Origin: a virus
Length of the DNA stretch: 33,182 nucleotides
Virus record (IMG/VR): IMGVR_UViG_3300047157_000061
Direction: 5' to 3' (one strand)
Positions within the stretch are counted from its first letter, which is position 1; the number at the start of each line of letters is the position of its first letter. This document shows positions 25,153 to 32,718 of this stretch, piece by piece. Under the pieces are notes generated by a model, which did not search any database, had not been told where the DNA came from, and was given only the letters and a program-made list of their open reading frames with translations. The position numbers and the translations under genes are program-made.

Positions 25153-25380
25153 TTATAAATATACTACATTACCTTTAATATTTTGTGCAAGATTTACTTT
25201 GATACCATAGCAGTGTGATAATGCTTTGATAGTTCTAGGACTAGGTATCTTTCTTTCTGCATTGACTATAGTAGATATACTCAAGCCAGTCAGATTGGAT
25301 ACATCTAAGTAGGTGTAATTACAATCTGCTCTGGCTCTACGTAATGTTAAACATATATTAGAATGGTGGTGCGTCATCAT
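25153..25380 (-). CDS. XRE-type helix-turn-helix protein
   Basis: 75 aa. LRRARADCNYTYLDVSNLTGLSISTIVNAERKIPSPRTIKALSHCYG fits the XRE/Cro HTH pattern. Confidence 0.6.
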   Translation of the reverse strand: MMTHHHSNICLTLRRARADCNYTYLDVSNLTGLSISTIVNAERKIPSPRTIKALSHCYGIKVNLAQNIKGNVVYL

Positions 25381-25699
25381 CTGCTACTGCTTTTTTCTCA
25401 CAAAGTTCTACCTTACTATCAAACTTACCACACACGATACTGGTATAGTATGTACCATCATCTAGTTTGCTATACTGTAGTTCACCTTGAACAAATACAA
25501 TCATACCTTTCTTAATATACTGCATAATAAATCCAGTCTTGTAAGGATCAAAGACACTGATCTTATGATGATGTGCCTTACGATTGTCCTTACTACCTGA
25601 GTTGGTAGTAACAACTAACTTACAAAAGTCTTCGTTCTTCATTGACTCTGGATCTACTGCACAATGTCCTAGTATTGTAACTTGATTAACTGTCTGCAT
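25358..25699 (-). CDS. ssb: Single-stranded DNA-binding protein
   Basis: It has an OB-fold-like N-terminus (VNQVTILGHCAVDPE) and the characteristic acidic tail DDDAPPF. I chose the start at 25699 (AAGGAGA 5 nt upstream) over the ORF-track start at 25759. Confidence 0.8.
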   Translation of the reverse strand: MQTVNQVTILGHCAVDPESMKNEDFCKLVVTTNSGSKDNRKAHHHKISVFDPYKTGFIMQYIKKGMIVFVQGELQYSKLDDGTYYTSIVCGKFDSKVELCEKKAVADDDAPPF

Positions 25700-26294
25700 T
25701 TTTATTCTCCTTTTTAAATGAATTAATTTTCTTAGTATACACTGCTCTAAACCTAGCAATCTGTTTGTCGTCTAATGGTTTGATCTCATCTGAGAAACTA
25801 TTGTTAATATCTTTAACCATTTGTACGTCAGCACATTCTTCTATGTTGGCTTCGTATTCTCTAAACAATCTATCGATACCTTTTAAGTCTGGTTCACTAG
25901 CTTTATTAGCATCATCATCATCATCACCTACAATACCAAGTATTGCACACATGCCATAACGTCTAGCATAGGTAATAGAACCACCAAGTTTTTGTGGATC
26001 ATTAGAATCTTTAGACACTAAAGGTATACCACCATCTCTCATTACATTGCCTGATATATGCATCAAGTTAGTTTGCAATACAGTACCTTCACCTTTATCT
26101 GATTGCTTTACTATTTGATGTAATGCAAAGTTGTGTTCTTTTAATACAGGCTTAACTGTCTTTAAGCAAGTAGGCAAGTCTGCAAACTTACTCTTGAAGT
26201 GTGGGTTAGTACCTGACTTATACGGATTAGTAACTGCATGTAGCAAGTTAAAGAAATCTGTATTGAAATCAGGTTTAGTTTTTTTATCTGCCAT
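25686..26294 (-). CDS. erf: Erf-family single-strand annealing protein
   Basis: The motifs NPHFKSKFADL, GGSITYARRYGMCAILGI and an acidic run are typical of the ERF superfamily. The start is at 26294, 6 nt after AAGGAGA. Confidence 0.75.
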   Translation of the reverse strand: MADKKTKPDFNTDFFNLLHAVTNPYKSGTNPHFKSKFADLPTCLKTVKPVLKEHNFALHQIVKQSDKGEGTVLQTNLMHISGNVMRDGGIPLVSKDSNDPQKLGGSITYARRYGMCAILGIVGDDDDDANKASEPDLKGIDRLFREYEANIEECADVQMVKDINNSFSDEIKPLDDKQIARFRAVYTKKINSFKKENKNADS

Positions 26295-27117
26295 TATCAT
26301 TCTCCTTTGATTTAGTTACAACAAGTGTACCTTTCTTGTTGCGTGTTATTACATAATTACTATTAGGATACGATACTTTCTTTGCATCCTTTGGTACTAG
26401 TAACTTAATCTTCTTCTTCGTTTCTTCGAAGCCTTCGATAGCACCAGAGTATTGATCTAATGTAGAATCTAATCTTACATACTCTGTATTATCTATCATG
26501 TTATAGTCCTTGTATTCATTGACTAATATATCAGACACTATCTCTTTGTCTGAATCACTAGGCTTACCTATCACTGGTGGTTGCTTATCGTTTTTAACAA
26601 ACGACCAGAACCTTATCATCTTAGACTTTAGTCTATTCCAAAACTCCTCATTGAAATCTACACGTAATACTTCTGGTGTATCATTGCCGCATATAATAGA
26701 TATGTAACAATAACTATCACCAAGTATATGCATATAGTGATGTAACTGTGGTGCATAGTACCTAGCTTTTACTTCTGGACTTACTCTACTGTTACTGTGT
26801 TTACACTCTAGTATATATTCCAATCCATTTATTCTTACAATAGCATCAAGATGTGCATACAATGTTATGCCATACAATTCTCTAGTGTAAGTATGAGTGG
26901 ATTCAGATATACCATGAAATGGTTTGTGATATTTACGCAACCAATCTACATGGAACGACTCAGTATATGTACCAAGTTGCACCTGAAAGTTATCACTTAA
27001 ATCATCTTCTAATCTTTTATTAGTCTTTAGTTCCCAGAGTTTTACTGGGTCATAGTTATGCCATATACTATTAGCATCACTACCACCAAGCCCAATGGTT
27101 CTATCAAAGTTCTTCAT
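26284..27117 (-). CDS. YqaJ-like PD-(D/E)XK recombination exonuclease
   Basis: It has IGLGGSDANSIW near the N-terminus and HLDAIV...ILECKH (D...ExK). I chose the start at 27117 (AAAGGAGAATGTAATG) over the ORF-track start at 27150. Confidence 0.75.
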   Translation of the reverse strand: MKNFDRTIGLGGSDANSIWHNYDPVKLWELKTNKRLEDDLSDNFQVQLGTYTESFHVDWLRKYHKPFHGISESTHTYTRELYGITLYAHLDAIVRINGLEYILECKHSNSRVSPEVKARYYAPQLHHYMHILGDSYCYISIICGNDTPEVLRVDFNEEFWNRLKSKMIRFWSFVKNDKQPPVIGKPSDSDKEIVSDILVNEYKDYNMIDNTEYVRLDSTLDQYSGAIEGFEETKKKIKLLVPKDAKKVSYPNSNYVITRNKKGTLVVTKSKENDNGR

Positions 27118-27138
27118 TACATTCTCCTTTATTAAATT

Positions 27139-27167
27139 ATTGTAATGCATTTCTGCATTGTAATCAA
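27139..27167 (-). promoter_or_regulatory. Sigma70-like promoter for the exo-erf-ssb operon
   Basis: The - strand reads TTGATT-17 nt-TACAAT, located between the terminator at 27171-27203 and the start at 27117. Confidence 0.45.
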
Positions 27168-27170
27168 CAT

Positions 27171-27203
27171 AAAAAAAGCCAGTAACTAAGGGATGTTACT
27201 GGC
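27171..27203 (-). terminator. Rho-independent terminator (- strand)
   Basis: gccagtaac / gttactggc forms a 9-bp perfect stem with an 8-nt loop. On the - strand it is followed by T7 (plus-strand A7 at 27171-27177). It lies 18 nt past the stop of 27222..27827. Confidence 0.7.
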
Positions 27204-27221
27204 TCAGAGGTCGGAGAATGT

Positions 27222-27827
27222 TTACTGTATTGTTGCAATACGTGAGTAAGACACCTTGCACCAATTATAAAAGGATAACATTTGATCTAGCTTTGTGTCA
27301 ATAGCTTCTCGTAAGGTGGCAGGCAAAGGGAAAGTATTATACTTATGTGTCTTTAATACTTTGACTGTTGCTTCTTGTAATAACAATGGTGGTATATCTC
27401 TTATAGATTCTATGTAAAACTTTAGACCTTCTGCCCTGGGCATTTCTACTTGGAAGGTATCAGCTAATACTTTTAAGAATGGTATTATCTTTTTGTCTTG
27501 TTGTTCTACACTACAGTTCCAATGTAAATCTTTTTCTACACTATACAACACACGACTGATACGTTCTTTGACTTCAGTCAACTCACTGTTATTTTTTATC
27601 TGTTCTAATTTGTCGTATGTTACTGTTGCTATTGTATCTATCAAGATAAGATCTGATTGAGTCATTGTTGTTGTTACTAACTCTATCTTGTTTAGTATAG
27701 GCCTTGGTCGTTGATGTAGCTTTATCCAATCTGAAAGATTTACGACACCAGAACCTGAAGCAAGCTGACCAGTCGTACTTTCTTTCCCCTCTTGAAAGGT
27801 AGTAGTCTCGAAATTGATCTGTTTCAT
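27222..27827 (-). CDS. Replication protein, C-terminal helicase-loader (G39P-like) region; N-terminal boundary uncertain
   Basis: 201-aa ORF with GGAGA 8 nt upstream of its ATG. The C-terminus LKFYIESIRDIPPLLLQEATVKVLKTHKYNTFPLPATLREAI resembles the helicase loader/replisome organiser C-terminal motif. It overlaps 27589..27939 by 239 nt in another frame. Confidence 0.5.
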   Translation of the reverse strand: MKQINFETTTFQEGKESTTGQLASGSGVVNLSDWIKLHQRPRPILNKIELVTTTMTQSDLILIDTIATVTYDKLEQIKNNSELTEVKERISRVLYSVEKDLHWNCSVEQQDKKIIPFLKVLADTFQVEMPRAEGLKFYIESIRDIPPLLLQEATVKVLKTHKYNTFPLPATLREAIDTKLDQMLSFYNWCKVSYSRIATIQ

Positions 27828-27939
27828 AATTTAAATCTCCGTCTGTTGCATGTTGATATGTATTGAAAAACCAGAGTTGCAACTTATCATCTGGCATCCA
27901 CTCGTCATCTATTGGTTTAATGGTATAATCTCTGCCCAT
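27589..27939 (-). CDS. Replication organiser N-terminal (DnaT-like) region; 3' boundary uncertain
   Basis: 116-aa ORF with AAGGAGA upstream. The N-terminal ~70 aa (WMPDDKLQLWFFN...FRDYYLSRGERKYDWSACFRFWCRKS) look like phage replication-protein N-domains. The last ~45 aa are low-complexity. Confidence 0.45.
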   Translation of the reverse strand: MGRDYTIKPIDDEWMPDDKLQLWFFNTYQHATDGDLNYETDQFRDYYLSRGERKYDWSACFRFWCRKSFRLDKATSTTKAYTKQDRVSNNNNDSIRSYLDRYNSNSNIRQIRTDKK

Positions 27940-28313
27940 GTTTCTATCTCCTTTGCTGGTATACTATGTACCTTAATGAAGTTCGTTGCTTCAATAAGAC
28001 TTACTTTTAATTTGTATACATCTGTAGTTACACCCACCACGTCTTCAATAACTTGATATCCTCGGTGATCGTTAGGTTCAAGTGTCATGTATCTAAAGTC
28101 TGGTGTAAATGTACACATCTTTTTATTCTGTACAACTGCATCATAAGTAGGTTTGATTTCTAAATCAGTAATAGATTTATTCTCTAAAAATTTTACAAGC
28201 TGTAAGTATCTATCTGCTTTAGCATTGGATTGAAAGTAAATCATCTCTCCATTATATGCTTCGTATCTACCTGTCCTAGATTTCTTTACGGACTTTGTTG
28301 TAGTGTTCTTCAT
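27909..28313 (-). CDS. DUF1064-type (PD-(D/E)XK-like) protein
   Basis: 134 aa. It has YNGEMIYFQSNAKADRYLQLVKFLENKSITDLEIKPTY, FTPDFRY and VIEDVVGVTTDVYKLK. This is the pattern I recall for DUF1064 phage proteins. Confidence 0.55.
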   Translation of the reverse strand: MKNTTTKSVKKSRTGRYEAYNGEMIYFQSNAKADRYLQLVKFLENKSITDLEIKPTYDAVVQNKKMCTFTPDFRYMTLEPNDHRGYQVIEDVVGVTTDVYKLKVSLIEATNFIKVHSIPAKEIETWAEIIPLNQ

Positions 28314-28488
28314 GTATGTACTCCCATACTGTTTGTGCTGTTGATTCTCTTAAACAAAACTCACCAGTATTTATTCTGTGGTAAGTACTATCTTGTATAC
28401 CAGACTTACGGAAAGCCTCTCGCAAGTTGATACCTTTTTTATCTGCAACTAAAGTAAGTTGTTCCATGTATGTATTTAATTTTTTCAT
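28276..28488 (-). CDS. Small HTH regulator, apparently leaderless
   Basis: 70 aa containing INLREAFRKSGIQDSTYHRINTGE. The -10 hexamer ends only 6 nt before the ATG and there is no SD. Confidence 0.55.
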   Translation of the reverse strand: MKKLNTYMEQLTLVADKKGINLREAFRKSGIQDSTYHRINTGEFCLRESTAQTVWEYIHEEHYNKVRKEI

Positions 28489-28494
28489 ATCATT

Positions 28495-28522
28495 ATCATA
28501 CTCATCTATTGCATAAGTGCAA
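28495..28522 (-). promoter_or_regulatory. Sigma70-like promoter (TTGCAC-16-TATGAT)
   Basis: Read on the - strand. It shares the 14-mer CTTGCACTTATGCA with the promoter at 31333..31360. Confidence 0.55.
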
Positions 28523-28607
28523 GGCTTTGTTTATGCCCAGATATTAGGGACAGGAATAATTTAATCATTTTTCTCTGTACGTTTTTTATGCCTGAACCTT
28601 ACACTTA

Positions 28608-28835
28608 CTATCCATAGATAGGGAAGTCATACTTCTTTCTTATTCTACTTGCAGTTTTAGGACTCATGTTCTGTATGCCTTTTAGTATCTGCAATACAAA
28701 TGTATAAGATAGATCTACTTCATAAGTAAGTTGTGTAACAGTTAGTCCTTTGTCTTTGGCTATCTTATACAACATCTTACTATGATGATGAGGTACATCT
28801 TTAAAATCTTCTAAGTTTATTGCTGATCTACCCAT
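28608..28835 (-). CDS. XRE-type helix-turn-helix protein
   Basis: 75 aa. LTVTQLTYEVDLSYTFVLQILKGIQNMSPKTASRI fits an HTH pattern. The start overlaps the upstream stop. Confidence 0.55.
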   Translation of the reverse strand: MGRSAINLEDFKDVPHHHSKMLYKIAKDKGLTVTQLTYEVDLSYTFVLQILKGIQNMSPKTASRIRKKYDFPIYG

Positions 28836-29115
28836 TCTTATTCTCCTTCTTTTTTCTATATGCTATATGTCTTTTAGGATCATAAGTTTTCTCTATCATT
28901 TCTACTACACCTATAACTTTATCAAGAGTCCAATTACAATCATGTATATTATAGAAGCCACCTGATCTATTGTAATGCATGTACTCTATCTCTCGTACCT
29001 TATCTTCTATATCATTCTCATCTATGAAATCTATATACACATCAACCATATCTTTGACACGATTAACTGCACGTGCTATTTCATGTAGCATACTCATGTG
29101 TTCACTTCTATACAT
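28828..29115 (-). CDS. Hypothetical protein (95 aa)
   Basis: ORF with GGAGGA 5 nt upstream. It overlaps both neighbours by 8 nt. Confidence 0.55.
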   Translation of the reverse strand: MYRSEHMSMLHEIARAVNRVKDMVDVYIDFIDENDIEDKVREIEYMHYNRSGGFYNIHDCNWTLDKVIGVVEMIEKTYDPKRHIAYRKKKENKNG

Positions 29116-29428
29116 GACTATCCTCCGAAGCTAGTTGTGATTCTGCTTCATACGCATCACGTATCTCTTGACGTTTAGTATTAAAGTAATCAAGACAATC
29201 CCAGTAATCATCAAACACTTTTAGATCATATGCTATTGACCAATCATCTTGAACAAACCCACTCCAACTATTTAATTGTTCAATCATTTCATAATAAGTA
29301 TATGAAAAGATCTGTGGTTCATCTGCAAAATCTACCATCCAGAATATATCTTCACCACTTTTGATTCTGTCTTGTGTACGTTTACATAATGTTGGAAATA
29401 TTTTTTCTCTTTGCTGTTGGTTTATCAT
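29108..29428 (-). CDS. Hypothetical acidic, Trp/Asp-rich protein (106 aa)
   Basis: ORF with AAAGGAGAA upstream. It has many D/E/W/Y/F residues (DDWSIAYDLKVFDDYWDCLDYF). Confidence 0.55.
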   Translation of the reverse strand: MINQQQREKIFPTLCKRTQDRIKSGEDIFWMVDFADEPQIFSYTYYEMIEQLNSWSGFVQDDWSIAYDLKVFDDYWDCLDYFNTKRQEIRDAYEAESQLASEDSHV

Positions 29429-29764
29429 TTAATTCTCCTTTATATTTATATACATATCTTTGCCTTGTCTTGTTGCAAACCATATGCGTTGTTGTTTACC
29501 ATGTGTAGATTTACGTGTACCATTAGCTTCGATATACCCTTCACGTTCTAACCACACTCTAGCTGTTCTATACTTAGATGTAATAATACCATCTTGATAT
29601 GCTAGTTCTTCATCAGTCATACCAGATAGTCCACCTATCTCCATGATTAACTCTAGTACTCTGTCTTTAGCTTTACGCACCCTACCTATTTCTTGTTTGG
29701 CGGCAACTCTACTTGTTTCAGGATCGGTAGTCCTTACTATATTATACCATTCATCTTTCTGCAT
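29429..29764 (-). CDS. Winged-helix DNA-binding protein (candidate)
   Basis: I chose the start at 29764 (AAGGAGA 6 nt upstream) over the ORF-track start at 29830. The sequence DPETSRVAAKQEI...DRVLELIMEIGGLSGMTDEELAY...YRTARVWLEREGYI looks wHTH-like. Confidence 0.5.
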   Translation of the reverse strand: MQKDEWYNIVRTTDPETSRVAAKQEIGRVRKAKDRVLELIMEIGGLSGMTDEELAYQDGIITSKYRTARVWLEREGYIEANGTRKSTHGKQQRIWFATRQGKDMYINIKEN

Positions 29765-29775
29765 AATCATTCTCC

Positions 29776-29850
29776 TTAATATATTGTTATTAAAATAATG
29801 TACATCCACACTATTATATTTATACTCCATATAATTTTTACTGCGTACAT
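29776..29850 (-). CDS. 24-codon hydrophobic mini-ORF
   Basis: Hand-translated: MYAVKIIWSINIIVWMYIILITIY. A strong SD (TAGGAGGTGAAC-ATG) overlaps the ArdC-like stop, and its own TAA overlaps the SD of the next gene. Confidence 0.35.
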   Translation of the reverse strand: MYAVKIIWSINIIVWMYIILITIY

Positions 29851-29859
29851 GTTCACCTC

Positions 29860-30756
29860 CTATACTGCTACTTGTTCTATGCTATCTATCTTATTAGTTA
29901 CATCCCTAATGTAAAAGAAAGATTGACTAGCATACTTACAAGCAGAACGTAGTGCATCTGGCTTATCTCTAAGAGCCTTAGCCCATGACTTCAAGTAATG
30001 CACATGGTCTTGCCTGGTTGTGTGTAACATACCATACTTAGCCATGTGAAAACTAGCACCAAGTTCTGCTATAAGTTCTTCGAAAGCATAATCATTTGAT
30101 GCAAACGAACCTGATAGTGTACGATTACATCTAGTCTTATGCCCACTCCAATGAGTAATCTCATGGAATAATGTTGAGTAGTAACTCTCTGTCTTTTTAA
30201 ATGCTGTGTGTTTTGGCATCATGATCTCATCTGTAATCGGTATATAACAAGCACGATTACTACCATGTGTTATCTTTGCATTTAACCTACTCACTTGTTT
30301 ATCTATACTATCTACTCGTGCATATTCTGTAGCTGTATTTATTCTATTTAATAAACTATCTTTTAGATCTTCTATTACTTTAGAGTCACCACTTACATCA
30401 TCTATAGAATGTATTGCCACTGCTTTGAATCGTTGTATAATTTTTTCTTTACCTGTCTTCTTATCTTCTGTCTTGAATGTCATTGGTTGCCACAATGGTC
30501 TACCTGATTTAGGTGCTGGATGCAATCCAATCTTATTCCATTGATTGTATGTACCCCAGATAGGTGTTGAGTATCCATACTTGTAGTTCAAATGAAACTG
30601 ATTCCATCCTGTGTATTGGTATCCATCTACATTCATATGCAGATTAGTAATCCACTTGGGTACAAATGGTTGTGTCATGTCATGTGATTCCATGTCACGT
30701 ATGATACCTTCGGTGATTTCTTTTATGTTATCTTCAGCTAATGTTTTAATGGACAT
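29860..30756 (-). CDS. ardC: ArdC-like protein (N-terminal ssDNA-binding domain + C-terminal zincin HExxH domain)
   Basis: 298 aa. The N-terminal domain reads NVDGYQYTGWNQFHL...STPIWGTYNQWNKIG. The C-terminal domain reads STLFHEITHWSGHKTRCNR...YAFEELIAELGASF, which matches the ArdC/DUF1738 pattern. Confidence 0.7.
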   Translation of the reverse strand: MSIKTLAEDNIKEITEGIIRDMESHDMTQPFVPKWITNLHMNVDGYQYTGWNQFHLNYKYGYSTPIWGTYNQWNKIGLHPAPKSGRPLWQPMTFKTEDKKTGKEKIIQRFKAVAIHSIDDVSGDSKVIEDLKDSLLNRINTATEYARVDSIDKQVSRLNAKITHGSNRACYIPITDEIMMPKHTAFKKTESYYSTLFHEITHWSGHKTRCNRTLSGSFASNDYAFEELIAELGASFHMAKYGMLHTTRQDHVHYLKSWAKALRDKPDALRSACKYASQSFFYIRDVTNKIDSIEQVAV

Positions 30757-31033
30757 GTCTATCCTCCCTATAATATTTTCTCCATGCTTGCTGAGTTTGT
30801 TGTGAAGCTAACTGAAAACTATTGTAGTCTTTTCTTTTGACTAGCTGTTTGAGTTCACTTAACAATACATTCTTATGTTCAATCCATAAGTCATGTACCT
30901 CTGCTATTTTATCACTACGATATTTCTCAAGAAAGTTTAGTCGTGCTTGTAGTACTACAATAGATAGATAAGCATAAGCTAATCTCTTTGCTCGATAGTT
31001 GTACTCCATCATAAACTTACAACCATTCTCCAT
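30746..31033 (-). CDS. Hypothetical protein (95 aa or shorter; start uncertain)
   Basis: ORF with no convincing SD at 31033. Internal Met codons 8/9 (31012/31009) are alternative starts. Confidence 0.45.
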   Translation of the reverse strand: MENGCKFMMEYNYRAKRLAYAYLSIVVLQARLNFLEKYRSDKIAEVHDLWIEHKNVLLSELKQLVKRKDYNSFQLASQQTQQAWRKYYREDRHVH

Positions 31034-31080
31034 CAGTCTGTCTGTTCAAGTATCGTTCATGTGTTTGTTCTGCTATTACC

Positions 31081-31314
31081 TTACTCATTATTATTCTCCT
31101 CATAAGTTTCAATGTACTTTACTAGCTGTGCTTTCTCTGCAATATATTTATGCAGTAACTCTGCCTTGATCAAAGCCATGTCACTACCTGAATTGATCTT
31201 CATGCTATCTTGTAAGCACAATATAATATGATCTAGTAACTGCACGTTGTCTTTGTTCTGCATATATTCTTCTGACTGTTGACGAGTCAGTGATTCTTGT
31301 ATTAGTTTTAACAT
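31081..31314 (-). CDS. Hypothetical helical protein (77 aa)
   Basis: I chose the start at 31314 (AAGGAGA 6 nt upstream, downstream of a good promoter). The ORF-track extension to 31383 would run through that promoter. Confidence 0.55.
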   Translation of the reverse strand: MLKLIQESLTRQQSEEYMQNKDNVQLLDHIILCLQDSMKINSGSDMALIKAELLHKYIAEKAQLVKYIETYEENNNE

Positions 31315-31332
31315 ATCATTCTCCTTGGTTAT

Positions 31333-31360
31333 ATTATATATATACAATGCATAAGTGCAA
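31333..31360 (-). promoter_or_regulatory. Sigma70-like promoter (TTGCAC-16-TATAAT)
   Basis: Read on the - strand: cTTGCACttatgcattgtatataTATAAT. It shares the 14-mer CTTGCACTTATGCA with 28495..28522. Confidence 0.6.
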
Positions 31361-31584
31361 GTATTATATGAAAGTATTTGCATTATTGGTACAGTGTATA
31401 TGTGTTTCCTATATTAATTGTGAACTTGGTTGGCTTGGTGCACGCAATTACACCCCCCTCAAGTAAATGAGATATAAGTTAGTGATTATGAAATATGGAT
31501 AAGGTAAAGAACTAATAGAATCATAAGGCATTAGAACTAGGAGTATTGAACCTAGGTTCGATTCCACTGTGGTTGGAGTACCAC

Positions 31585-31621
31585 AAAAAAATCTAGGGCA
31601 GACTTGGTAAGCCTACCCTAG
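31585..31621 (-). terminator. Rho-independent terminator (- strand) after the first early gene
   Basis: ctagggcag / ctaccctag forms a 9-bp stem with one mismatch and an 11-nt loop. On the - strand it is followed by T7 (plus-strand A7 at 31585-31591). It lies 18 nt past the stop of 31640..32101. Confidence 0.65.
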
Positions 31622-31639
31622 TGGGAGATATTCTATATA

Positions 31640-32101
31640 CTAGACTGAGTATCTATCTTTAGTAGTTTCCTTTTTAGGTTGTGACTTATAAGCTTCACCT
31701 TTTACTACCTCATAAGCTACCTTAGCCTGATGTATTAATTGTGTACAAACCTCATTGATTTGTCTTGATGCAATGTAATTAGGATCTTCTCCAATCGTTT
31801 CAAGCAATTCATTTTTTCTTTGAGGATCTTCTATATCATTGATTTGATCATATTTATCTAACCAATATTTCATATTCATAATACCTTTAGATTTCTTACT
31901 ATAAAAGAACTCTTTAGTATATTCTATAGAAGTAATTATATTCTGTAAAAAATAACCAATATCATTTTGAACCATGTCTTGCTCACCATCACGTAACCAA
32001 GTAGGAAAATTAATATTCATTAGAGTTTCAAACCCTTCTGTAAATACCATTTCATTTGATGTTGTTTCTTTGTTATTTAATTTTGTATTTGTTTTAGTCA
32101 T
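31640..32101 (-). CDS. First early gene, hypothetical protein (153 aa)
   Basis: ORF with AAAGGAAA upstream. It is bounded by the 628-bp control region and its own terminator. Confidence 0.6.
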   Translation of the reverse strand: MTKTNTKLNNKETTSNEMVFTEGFETLMNINFPTWLRDGEQDMVQNDIGYFLQNIITSIEYTKEFFYSKKSKGIMNMKYWLDKYDQINDIEDPQRKNELLETIGEDPNYIASRQINEVCTQLIHQAKVAYEVVKGEAYKSQPKKETTKDRYSV

Positions 32102-32690
32102 TGTAGTTTCCTTTTGTTAAATTTAAGATGAGTTCGTTAAACTGTATTATTATTCCATAGGTCAAACATATTATGGGGGTGACTGCTCAGGCTGTTTGAG
32201 ATTTCTTGGAAAAGAAAGGGCGAATCAAAATAGGGCGAAGCACAATAAAATATCGCACCATATAATAGTTAGGAAAGAAATCTACAAAAGACTAGAGTAG
32301 GGGGATCTATAATATGTTTGATAATTATATAGGGCGATAGCACGTTTGAACCTATTTTAATAATACAGTATAACGATACCGAATCTATATTTTACAAAAG
32401 GAAATGGAAATGACGTTAAGAAACAAATACAAAATTAAATCACAAAGCTGGGGTTCTCTATCCTCTACCCTCTATGCACTTGGAAGCATTGTCCTAAATT
32501 ATGCTTTAATTTAGCCATGAACGGAGTGGATATATAGCTAGGTCATGAGGAGGTGATTACCATATAGAATTATGTATAATAAAAACGAACACTCGAGGAC
32601 TGATTGAAGCCTTTTGGTCGAGACAACGTCTCGATGCTTGCACGAAAGCACCCTCGAAACCCAGCAAAACATAGGTGTCAAATTATTTAC

Positions 32691-32718
32691 TTGACAGCAC
32701 TTTTAGACCTCTTACTAT
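32691..32718 (+). promoter_or_regulatory. Sigma70-like promoter for terS and the late operon (TTGACA-16-TACTAT)
   Basis: It has a perfect -35 hexamer. The -10 ends 11 nt before the terS ATG, leaving a very short leader with no SD. Confidence 0.5.

Noticed and set aside
22745-31383. Longer N-terminal extensions given by the ORF track for 22745, 25759, 26300, 27150, 29830 and 31383.
   Set aside because: In each case an internal ATG lies 5-7 nt after an AAGGAGA-type SD. The extension either overlaps the upstream gene extensively or runs through a promoter (31333-31360) or the mini-ORF region (29776-29850). I therefore used the shorter starts. This is a judgement call, not proof.
31537-31583. 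tRNA-like signal: GGTTCGATTCC (a T-loop consensus) at 31555-31565, a ctagg/cctag stem just upstream, and CCA at 31581-31583. This could be a tRNA gene or a tRNA-derived attP core.
   Set aside because: I could not fold a cloverleaf. The five bases after the TTCGATT loop (ccact) pair with only 2 of the 5 bases before it (ctagg). The ctagg/cctag stem has a 9-nt loop. No acceptor stem is available. There is no integrase anywhere in the genome, so an attP role is unsupported. Worth a tRNAscan-SE/ARAGORN run and a BLAST against host tRNA 3' ends, but I do not call it.
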